DNA of 55,411 nt from a virus (lineage: Duplodnaviria; Caudoviricetes), in the IMG/VR virus record IMGVR_UViG_3300021197_001537, positions 1-55,411 of that record; one strand, 5' to 3'. Position numbers and translations under genes: made by a program. Positions 38,578-46,613 of the stretch are shown here, piece by piece; position 1 is the first letter of the stretch; each line of letters starts with the position of its first letter. The notes below the pieces were generated by a model that ran no database searches, had not been told where the DNA came from, and saw nothing but the letters and a program-made list of their open reading frames with translations.

Positions 38578-39513
38578 TTGTCGGACAAGATTGATATTAT
38601 AAAAAATGTGTTGGGCAGCGGTTACCACTCTGGTGGTGAGACGCTATTCTTTTGTCCAAAATGCAAGCACCACAAAAAGAAGCTATCCGTCAACCTGGAA
38701 AAGAACAAGTTCAAGTGCTGGGTTTGTGATTACCGAGGCAACAACCTCCGCCGACTTGTAAGACGCTTCGGCTCATTCATGGACCAGCAAGCCTGGGCAA
38801 AGATAGACGACACTATCGAGATTTCTTCTTTCGAAGATGTCTTCTCAACAGAGCAGGAAGCAGAAGAAAATGTAGAGCAGTCAATAGCTCTACCAGAAGA
38901 GTTTAAGTCTCTTTGTTCCAGTAGCCTTTCACTCACAACAAAACCTATCCTTCGATTCCTCTATGAACGAGGCTTGACGAAAACAGACATTCTAAAATGG
39001 AAGATAGGTTATTGTCCTTCAGGCGAATATAAAAATAGAATTATTATTCCTTCATTCAACGAGGACGGCGATGTAAGTTATTTCATTGCGAGAACTTATG
39101 GTAACGACTGGATGAAATACAAGAACCCACCTGCACACCGAAACATTGTCTTTAACGAGCTTTATGTTGACTATGAAGACGACTTGGTTATTGTAGAGGG
39201 AGCCTTCGATGCCATTGTAGCAGGAAATGCAGTTCCTATTCTAGGTTCTTCTTTAAGGGACGACGCAAAGCTATTCCAGAAGATAGTAGAGCACGACACA
39301 CCAGTTTATATTGCTCTGGACCCAGACGTCGAAACAAAGGCAATGAAATTAATAAAAAAAATGTTGACTTTTGATATAGAAGTGTATAAGATAGATATTA
39401 TGCCCTATGGTGACGTAGGCGAAATGACTAAAACAGAATTCCAAAAGAGAAAGTCGGAAGCACAATTAATGACGCCCGACACTTTTTTGGAAAGAGCAAT
39501 TTATAGCATCTAA
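38578..39513 (+). CDS. dnaG: DNA primase (zinc-binding domain + TOPRIM)
   Basis: CPKC...CWVC zinc finger, RIIIP, KYKNP, IVEGAFDA and ALDPD TOPRIM motifs. Confidence 0.88.
   Translation: MSDKIDIIKNVLGSGYHSGGETLFFCPKCKHHKKKLSVNLEKNKFKCWVCDYRGNNLRRLVRRFGSFMDQQAWAKIDDTIEISSFEDVFSTEQEAEENVEQSIALPEEFKSLCSSSLSLTTKPILRFLYERGLTKTDILKWKIGYCPSGEYKNRIIIPSFNEDGDVSYFIARTYGNDWMKYKNPPAHRNIVFNELYVDYEDDLVIVEGAFDAIVAGNAVPILGSSLRDDAKLFQKIVEHDTPVYIALDPDVETKAMKLIKKMLTFDIEVYKIDIMPYGDVGEMTKTEFQKRKSEAQLMTPDTFLERAIYSI
39364..39392 (+). promoter_or_regulatory. sigma70-type promoter inside primase, upstream of the Mre11-Rad50 fusion
   Basis: TTGACT-17 nt-TAAGAT. Confidence 0.4.
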
Positions 39514-39522
39514 GGAGAGAAG

Positions 39523-42500
39523 ATGAGTAAAAAGAAAAAAGCTTTACGGCTTGCCCACATTAGCGACACCCACATTCGCAACTTAAAGTTCCACGAAGAC
39601 TATCGTGCAGTGTTTGAGCACCTCTATAAAATCCTTCGGGAAGAGAAGCCAGACTACATTGTTCATTGCGGAGACGTAGCCCACACAAAGACTCAACTAT
39701 CACCAGAGTTCTTTGAAATGGCTGCTAACTTCTTTGATAAGTTATCGGACATTGCTCCGCTTGTTCTTATCGCAGGCAACCACGACGGCAACTTGAAGAA
39801 TAGTAGCCGCCAAGACGCTCTTACGCCTATTATCAATGCTCTTGATAAGGACGCTATTCACTATCTCAAGAACTCTGGCGAGTTCTCACCCTGTAAAGGC
39901 TTGACATTCAATGTCTTATCTGTTTTTGATAGAGATAACTGGGTAGAGCCTTCTGACGATAAGTCTATCAACATTGCTCTTTACCACGGTGCTATTGCTG
40001 GTGTTACAACCGACATTGGCTGGGTAATGGACCACGGAGAAGACACAGTAGATATCTTCGAGGGGCACGACTATGCTTTCCTTGGAGACATTCACAAGAC
40101 AAACCAAATCTTAGACACCGAGGGCAGAGTCCGTTATTGCGGCTCAACGGTTCAACAGAACCACGGCGAGACTAATGATAAGGGTTTTTTGATTTGGGAC
40201 ATTAAAGATAAGGACACATTTGACGTAAGACATCACGTCCTCAAGAACCCACGCCCATTTATGACTATTGAACTTACAAAGACAGGTAGGCTTCCAAAGG
40301 GTGCCAATCCACCTGTTGGAGCAAGACTTCGCATTGTAACGAACCACTCCATCCCAGTAGAAAAGGTTCGTAAAGCCATCGACATCGCAAGAACAAAGTT
40401 TAGCCCTGAGTCAGTAACTTTCCTTAATAGAGCAACTGGCTCTAGGGCAAAAGTAGACATCGGCTCTGACTTTGAAAAACACAACCTACGAGACGTAGCG
40501 GTCCAAGAAAAACTTATTGGAGAGTATCTCGAAGATTATCTCTCCGACACCGCAGAGGACAAGGAAGTCCTAAAAGAGGTTATGGAGATAAACAGAAGAA
40601 TCAATGCTCAAGCAGTGTCTGTGGAAGCCGTCGCTCACAGAAACGTAAACTGGCACTTAAAGACTCTCGAATGGAACAACCTATTCAACTATGGCGAGGG
40701 TAACAAGGTGGACTTTGACAACCTTGGAGGAATAATTGGAATCTTCGGAAAGAACTTTTCAGGAAAGTCTTCCATCATTGACAGCCTTCTTTGGGTAATG
40801 TATAACTCCACTTCCAAGAGAAATAGAAAATCAGTAGACATTGTAAACCAAAACAAGCAGAATGCTTGGGGCAAAGTTACGATAGAGGTAAACGATAAGC
40901 TCTACACAATTGAGCGAACAGCAGATAAATACATCAAGCGTCTAAAAGGCGAAGAAACGGAAGAAGTAAAAACTAATGTAGAGTTCTCGGTCTATGACCT
41001 GGCAACCGAAGAGTCCGCACCCCTAAACGGCGAGACCAGAAGCCAGACAGACGATAACATTAAAATCTTCTTCGGAACACTTGATGACTTTCTGATGACC
41101 TCTCTGTCCTCTCAGTTAGAGTCCCTCGCTTTCATCGCAGAAGGTTCAACTAAGAGAAAGGGAATTCTTGCAAAGTTTCTAGACCTAGAAATCTTTGAGG
41201 CAAAACATAACATCGCCAAAGTCGAGTCAAGTGACTTGGACGGAAAGATTAAATATCTTCTAGACTCTGCTGGTCCTCTCGGTCACGAAGTTAGAAAGCT
41301 CGAAGCAGAAAAGGAAATAGAAGAAGCTACGATGGAACTCCGCAAGCAAGAGGGAACTTGCAATGTTCTGACGAAAGAACTTGAACAACTAAACCTTGAA
41401 ATAATGAGAATCGAGACAAGGTTGGAGTCCACACCAGTCCAGAAGATTGTTGACCCTGACGAAGAGAGGGTAAGGATAAGCAAGCTTGCTCTTGACCTAG
41501 AAGCCCATCGCCAGAACAATATTGCCCTCGAAGAGGCTATTAAGAAAAATGAGTCAATTGTAGAAAGAATAAACAGTTTCTTGTTGGAGTTCAACTATTA
41601 CGATTGGAAGGAAAAAGAAACTAAAATAGCACAACTAAATCATCAGATATCCAAAAGCACGAGTCAAGTCTCTGACCTTGAAGATAGACTGAGAAGTGTT
41701 TCTGAAAACAAGATTTTGTTACAACAGGTTCCCTGTGGAGACAAATACCCAAGTTGCAAGTTTATAAAACATGCACACGACAATATAGCGAAGGAGAGTT
41801 TTCTCCATTCAGAAAGAAGTGAACTCGAAAGACAGAACCAGAAGTCTATTGAAAAAATTGCTCATCTAGACGAGGGTAATGTAGTTAAATATTTGGAACA
41901 ACACGACCAGTTGGTCAAAAAACAAAAGATAAAACAAGATGAAATCAATAAGTTTGAACTCCAAGTCGCAAAGAACAAGACGTCTATCGTAAATCTTCGA
42001 GAAGTAAAGAATAGGGCAGAAGAAGATGTTCGACTGTTTGAAGAAAATGAAAAGACCATTTTAGAATTTGCAAAGCTTACGAGAGAACGAAGTGAACTCA
42101 TTGGGGTTAAGGTGAGAAAAAAGAAAGAACTGGCACTGTGCAACGAAGCCTCTATTGGGTTGAGTAGAAAACAAGGTCTTTTTGAAAACTCACTAAAAGA
42201 AATTCAAATTCAAGAACTAGACTTAGAAAGATTCCAACGAGACTTCTCCGCCTACGACCTCTATAAAAAGGCGATGGGCTCCAATGGTGTTTCTCTTGAC
42301 ATTATCAAGAAAGAACTTCCTATCATCAACGACGAGATGGCAAAGATTCTTGCCAACGTCGTGAATTTCGAAGTGTTTTTAGAAAATGAAGAAAAACGAC
42401 TCAATGTTCTTATCAAGCACCCAAGTTTCGAACCACGTCCCCTAGAGATGGGTTCTGGGGCTGAGAAGGCTATTGCTGCAATGGCTATCCGACTTGCGTT

Positions 42501-42723
42501 TATGAATGTGTCATCACTTCCTGTTGGAGATGTTTTTATCTTGGATGAACCAGGAACAGCTTTAGACGAAGAGAACATGGAAGGCTTCATCCGCATCTTG
42601 GACCTAGTGAAGTCTCACTTTAAAAATGTTATTCTTATTTCACACTTGGATAGTTTGAAAGATTCAGTAGACTTGCAGATTGTCATCGAGAAGAAGGACA
42701 AATTCGCTTTTGTAAACCAGTAA
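39523..42723 (+). CDS. Fused Mre11/SbcD (gp47-like) nuclease and Rad50/SbcC (gp46-like) ATPase
   Basis: SDTH, GD, GNHD, HG and GDIH phosphoesterase motifs, then Walker A GKNFSGKS, coiled coil, GSGAE signature, Walker B ILDEP and ISH switch in one ORF. Confidence 0.92.
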   Translation: MSKKKKALRLAHISDTHIRNLKFHEDYRAVFEHLYKILREEKPDYIVHCGDVAHTKTQLSPEFFEMAANFFDKLSDIAPLVLIAGNHDGNLKNSSRQDALTPIINALDKDAIHYLKNSGEFSPCKGLTFNVLSVFDRDNWVEPSDDKSINIALYHGAIAGVTTDIGWVMDHGEDTVDIFEGHDYAFLGDIHKTNQILDTEGRVRYCGSTVQQNHGETNDKGFLIWDIKDKDTFDVRHHVLKNPRPFMTIELTKTGRLPKGANPPVGARLRIVTNHSIPVEKVRKAIDIARTKFSPESVTFLNRATGSRAKVDIGSDFEKHNLRDVAVQEKLIGEYLEDYLSDTAEDKEVLKEVMEINRRINAQAVSVEAVAHRNVNWHLKTLEWNNLFNYGEGNKVDFDNLGGIIGIFGKNFSGKSSIIDSLLWVMYNSTSKRNRKSVDIVNQNKQNAWGKVTIEVNDKLYTIERTADKYIKRLKGEETEEVKTNVEFSVYDLATEESAPLNGETRSQTDDNIKIFFGTLDDFLMTSLSSQLESLAFIAEGSTKRKGILAKFLDLEIFEAKHNIAKVESSDLDGKIKYLLDSAGPLGHEVRKLEAEKEIEEATMELRKQEGTCNVLTKELEQLNLEIMRIETRLESTPVQKIVDPDEERVRISKLALDLEAHRQNNIALEEAIKKNESIVERINSFLLEFNYYDWKEKETKIAQLNHQISKSTSQVSDLEDRLRSVSENKILLQQVPCGDKYPSCKFIKHAHDNIAKESFLHSERSELERQNQKSIEKIAHLDEGNVVKYLEQHDQLVKKQKIKQDEINKFELQVAKNKTSIVNLREVKNRAEEDVRLFEENEKTILEFAKLTRERSELIGVKVRKKKELALCNEASIGLSRKQGLFENSLKEIQIQELDLERFQRDFSAYDLYKKAMGSNGVSLDIIKKELPIINDEMAKILANVVNFEVFLENEEKRLNVLIKHPSFEPRPLEMGSGAEKAIAAMAIRLAFMNVSSLPVGDVFILDEPGTALDEENMEGFIRILDLVKSHFKNVILISHLDSLKDSVDLQIVIEKKDKFAFVNQ

Positions 42724-42730
42724 CTATTTA
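42723..42730 (+). promoter_or_regulatory. Putative late promoter ACTATTTA
   Basis: Immediately after the stop and upstream of the lysis-like cassette. Confidence 0.55.
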
Positions 42731-42761
42731 CTCTAACTGGCGAAAGCCACTGGAGGATAAT

Positions 42762-42953
42762 ATGATGACACAGATTAAAGCATTCATGGACACCCATGTT
42801 GAAAGGTTTATTTCACGCAAGTTTCTTGCTTGGCTAACAGCTTCGGGCTTGGCTCTTTATGGAGTTCTATCATCAGGCGACTGGACACAACTTACAATGG
42901 TTTACATTGGTTCACAAGCAGCAGTTGACCTTGTAAAGCAACTAAAGGGATGA
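42762..42953 (+). CDS. Putative holin (small two-TM protein)
   Basis: 63 aa, SRKFLAWL motif, two hydrophobic segments, GGAGG RBS. Confidence 0.55.
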   Translation: MMTQIKAFMDTHVERFISRKFLAWLTASGLALYGVLSSGDWTQLTMVYIGSQAAVDLVKQLKG

Positions 42954-43315
42954 TAAAGTTCTGGACCTGGCTCAAAACCAACTGGTGGGTTCCTTTCGCC
43001 TCTGTTGTCGTTCTTATCAGTTATTTTGCTGGTAACAGCGGCAAGCAGGGTCTAAAGGACATGCTCCAGGCTCAACGTGACGACTATGAGACTCAACTCA
43101 AAGTTCTACGAGAGCAACGAGAGAAGGAAAAAAAGATTTTAGAAAACTATAAAAAAAGCTTGCAACTTCTCCAAGAAAGATATAAAGTAAAAGAAAAAGA
43201 AATAAAGAAATCGAATCGTGAAGAACTCAGAAAAACTATTGAGGAAAACAAAGACAAGCCAGTAGAAGAGATTGCTGACGACTTCGCAAAACGTTTTGGT
43301 TTAGAAAGGATATAA
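42950..43315 (+). CDS. Putative i-spanin-like protein (N-terminal TM + coiled coil)
   Basis: WWVPFASVVVLISYFAG followed by a charged heptad region; follows the holin-like gene. Confidence 0.5.
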   Translation: MIKFWTWLKTNWWVPFASVVVLISYFAGNSGKQGLKDMLQAQRDDYETQLKVLREQREKEKKILENYKKSLQLLQERYKVKEKEIKKSNREELRKTIEENKDKPVEEIADDFAKRFGLERI

Positions 43316-43316
43316 C

Positions 43317-43742
43317 TTGAAACTATTATCTATTTTGCTAACTATTTCCTTGACTTTGGCTCCTACCTATGTTATAAGTCAGGAACTAAACATAACAGGG
43401 TTGAATAAGGGCGAGGAAGCCCCCTTCACGGGCATTTTGCTAACAAAAGCAGCACTCGCCAAGATAGAGGCTGACCTTCGCTTAGAAGTCCAGCTATGCG
43501 AGAATAACTGTAAACTGAAATTAGACGAAAAGGAACTTCTCTACAACAAAGATGTTTCTATTTTAAAGGCAGAGATAGACGGACTAAACCAGTTCGTCGA
43601 AGTCAAGAATAAAAGAATCAATAGACTGGAAGAAATCATTGACGAGAATAACAACTCTTGGTTTGTTCCAGTTGTCGCTATTGCTTCTTTTGTTGTTGGT
43701 GTTGCCACAACTGTTGGAATAACTTATGCGGTGAATAAATGA
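43317..43742 (+). CDS. Exported coiled-coil protein with a C-terminal TM, possible spanin partner
   Basis: Signal peptide MKLLSILLTISLTLAP, coiled coil, C-terminal TM WFVPVVAIASFVVGVATTVGITYAV; no lipobox Cys. Confidence 0.5.
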   Translation: MKLLSILLTISLTLAPTYVISQELNITGLNKGEEAPFTGILLTKAALAKIEADLRLEVQLCENNCKLKLDEKELLYNKDVSILKAEIDGLNQFVEVKNKRINRLEEIIDENNNSWFVPVVAIASFVVGVATTVGITYAVNK

Positions 43743-44131
43743 GTAAAGATAAAGATTGGAATCTTGTAGCCAAGATTGAGCAAAAGATAAAAGAGAAATA
43801 TGGTGAAGAGGCTATTAAATCACCAGCCCAAGGTTGGACAGACGAGCAGGAAGAAGAGCATTTAGAAAAGCTCAAAATTGCTGCTACAAAGTCCAGAGAG
43901 GCAGAAGACAAGAAAGAAAAAGTAGAAATCACTGAAGGCGTTTTTGTTTCAAAGAAACTACTTATGAAGGGTAGCAATAGAACTTGCCCTGTTTGCTCTA
44001 CTTATTCGTTTAATAAGCAGGACGATGTTTACATGAGCAAGTTCCAATGTTGCTTTACCTGTTACATAGATTATGTCGAAAATCGTGAAGATAGATGGAA
44101 GTCTGGCTGGCGACCCAACAAGGAGAAATGA
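43739..44131 (+). CDS. Hypothetical zinc-finger protein
   Basis: CPVC...CCFTC motif; C-terminal RWKSGWRP. Confidence 0.65.
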   Translation: MSKDKDWNLVAKIEQKIKEKYGEEAIKSPAQGWTDEQEEEHLEKLKIAATKSREAEDKKEKVEITEGVFVSKKLLMKGSNRTCPVCSTYSFNKQDDVYMSKFQCCFTCYIDYVENREDRWKSGWRPNKEK

Positions 44132-44132
44132 A

Positions 44133-44666
44133 ATGGCTGATGTATTAGAAATCGTTCAGGGAATCTCGCAAGTAATGGCGAACACCTACGATGGTGCTGT
44201 TGATGAAAATGGCGAACCAATTAAGATTGGTTTGAAACGAGAAGAAGAAGTAGCGATTACTGATAGAAGAGTTATGGACGGCTTTATGGTCTCAATGTCT
44301 GGCGAAACTCTCTTTATTAAATATCAGGGCGAAGTTACAATGAAGGAAGCAAAGGCAAGTGGCTTTGAGTCAGAGATGGAGCAAATGATTGCTGACATTT
44401 CTTCTTTCCTCAAGAAAGAATATAAAAAGGTTACAGGCTCTGCTCTCACTTTGAAGAAGTCAGGCGAGATGGACGCTATCGTTCAGACAGTCGGTGCTCA
44501 CAGATGTTGGGTTCAGGCAACTTGCCCTTACACAATTACTTCATTCGGCGAAGAAGTCGCTGCTGTTGGCGAGCCTTCATCAGACAACGTTGACGACGCA
44601 ATCAAAAAATGGCTTGAGCTTGGAAGAAAAGGCAAAGCACCTAACGACAAAAGGAAAGACGGATAA
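44133..44666 (+). CDS. Hypothetical protein
   Basis: ATG at 44133 after AAGGAGA (MADVLEIVQG), preferred over 44073. Confidence 0.7.
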   Translation: MADVLEIVQGISQVMANTYDGAVDENGEPIKIGLKREEEVAITDRRVMDGFMVSMSGETLFIKYQGEVTMKEAKASGFESEMEQMIADISSFLKKEYKKVTGSALTLKKSGEMDAIVQTVGAHRCWVQATCPYTITSFGEEVAAVGEPSSDNVDDAIKKWLELGRKGKAPNDKRKDG

Positions 44667-45013
44667 TGAAGATTTCAAAAGTAAGACTAAAGGAAATCAT
44701 CAAGGAAGAAGTCCGACTTCACCAGAACGAAGGCGTTGGAGCTTATCTTGATAACGACATTAAAAACCTTATCCAGAGAGCAGTTCGTGATTACGAGATT
44801 TCAACAGAAGAGGTTGCCCTCGCATTCCACGCAGCAGCAAGAGAACTAGACGGTAACGTCATGAACGAAAACGTTCAGGAAACAGCAGAGCAACAGATAG
44901 AAGCAATTCTCAATGACCTTTTCGATAATGGCGTTTCCAACGATGGGCTCAAAGCAATACTACTCAAAGTCATCGAAAACATCGATGCAGGTTTCATAGG
45001 CGAACCGTCATAA
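44666..45013 (+). CDS. Hypothetical, possibly head-internal protein
   Basis: N-terminal MKISKVRLKEIIKEEV amphipathic motif; directly upstream of TerL. Confidence 0.6.
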   Translation: MKISKVRLKEIIKEEVRLHQNEGVGAYLDNDIKNLIQRAVRDYEISTEEVALAFHAAARELDGNVMNENVQETAEQQIEAILNDLFDNGVSNDGLKAILLKVIENIDAGFIGEPS

Positions 45014-45030
45014 AGAAAGCACAGGCTTGA

Positions 45031-46608
45031 ATGTCTTATCAACTCACCAAGAAAAAGATTTTATCTGAAATCGTTCAATGCGGCAAAGACCCCGTTTATT
45101 TTCTAAACAACTATGCAAAGATTTCACATCCGATGCACGGGTCTATTCCATTTAGAACCTACGACTTCCAAGACGAGCTTTTAAGAGACTTCAACGACCA
45201 TCGTTTCAATGTTATTCTAAAAGCACGTCAGTTAGGTATTTCAACCGTAACAGCAGGTTATGTTGTTTGGATGATGCTTTTTCACAAAGATAAAAATGTT
45301 CTTGTTATGGCTACAAAGTTCGGCACAGCAGCCAACTTGGTAAAGAAGGTAAAAGCGATAATGAGAAACGTTCCAGAGTGGATGCGAATAGCAAACATCT
45401 CTGTGGACAATAGAACTTCATTCGAGCTATCTAATGGCTCACAAATTAAAGCAACTTCCACATCAGCCGACGCTGGTCGTTCAGAAGCACTATCCCTTCT
45501 TGTTATTGACGAGGCTGCTCACGTAGAGGGTCTCGCAGAACTATGGACTGGTCTTTATCCTACCCTATCAACTGGTGGTCGCTGCATTGCCCTATCCACA
45601 CCTAATGGTGTCGGAAACTGGTTCCATCAGACTTATGTTGACTCAGAAGAATCTAATAACGACTTTCACCCTACTTGTCTTCCTTGGGATGTCCACCCAG
45701 ACAGAGACCAAGCTTGGTTCGATAAAGAAACAAGAAACATGTCTCGCCGCCAAATCGCACAAGAGCTAGAATGTAACTTCAATATGTCTGGTGAGACGGT
45801 TATTAACACCGAGGACATAGAAAGAATAATGAATGCTATTGCAACCCCTTCGCACAAAGCAGGGTTTGATAGAAACTACTATATTTGGGAAGACTTCAAC
45901 CCAGAGCACTCTTACCTACTCGTAGCAGACGTCGCTCGTGGAGACGGTAAAGACTTTTCAGCATTCCAGGTTATAAACGTAACAGAGATGACTCAAGCAG
46001 CGGAATATCAAGGCAAGGTAGACTTGGACACTTATGCTATGTTCTTGGCAGACGTAGGCAAGTCCTATGGCGGCTGCCTGCTTGTAGTGGAGAACAATAA
46101 CGTCGGCTATTCTGTTCTTACAAAACTAGAAGAAATGGTTTACCCGAACCTTTACTACTCTATCAAGTCAACTCATGAATATGTAGACGCATCGGCAGCA
46201 AGGTCTAACAGTCGCTCTGTCCTTGGTTTTACGACTTCAATGAAGACTCGCCCTCTTATTATCGCTAAGTTAGAAGAATTTATAAGAAATGACCTAATTA
46301 GCATTGTATCGAATCGTCTTTATAATGAGTTAAAGACATTTGTCTGGAACAATGGAAAGCCAGAGGCTATGAGGGGTTATAACGACGACCTTGTAATGTC
46401 CATGGCTATTGCTTGTTGGGTAAGAGATACCGCACTGGTTTCAAACCAGAGGGACTCTGAATATAAGAAAGCTCTTTTGGGAGCAATGACTACTTCTAAA
46501 ACAAAGCTTAACACAACCATTCCAGGTATGGTAAACTATGGGGAACCTAATGGGGTTCAACAAATGAAAGAAATAATGACCAACTTCCCTGGTCTTTTTA
46601 AGGGGTAA
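45031..46608 (+). CDS. terL: Terminase large subunit (T4 gp17-like)
   Basis: Walker A KARQLGIST, Walker B LLVIDEAAH, STPNG coupling motif, nuclease DVARGDGKDFS and NDDLVM. Confidence 0.95.
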   Translation: MSYQLTKKKILSEIVQCGKDPVYFLNNYAKISHPMHGSIPFRTYDFQDELLRDFNDHRFNVILKARQLGISTVTAGYVVWMMLFHKDKNVLVMATKFGTAANLVKKVKAIMRNVPEWMRIANISVDNRTSFELSNGSQIKATSTSADAGRSEALSLLVIDEAAHVEGLAELWTGLYPTLSTGGRCIALSTPNGVGNWFHQTYVDSEESNNDFHPTCLPWDVHPDRDQAWFDKETRNMSRRQIAQELECNFNMSGETVINTEDIERIMNAIATPSHKAGFDRNYYIWEDFNPEHSYLLVADVARGDGKDFSAFQVINVTEMTQAAEYQGKVDLDTYAMFLADVGKSYGGCLLVVENNNVGYSVLTKLEEMVYPNLYYSIKSTHEYVDASAARSNSRSVLGFTTSMKTRPLIIAKLEEFIRNDLISIVSNRLYNELKTFVWNNGKPEAMRGYNDDLVMSMAIACWVRDTALVSNQRDSEYKKALLGAMTTSKTKLNTTIPGMVNYGEPNGVQQMKEIMTNFPGLFKG

Positions 46609-46613
46609 AATAG

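Noticed and set aside
43350-43378. TTGACT-17-TATAAG promoter-like sequence
   Set aside because: It lacks the conserved final T of the -10, lies in a signal-peptide coding region and is about 360 nt from the next start
45031-46608. Intein or intron in TerL, portal or primase
   Set aside because: Motifs are contiguous, lengths are ordinary, and I saw no splicing or homing-endonuclease motifs
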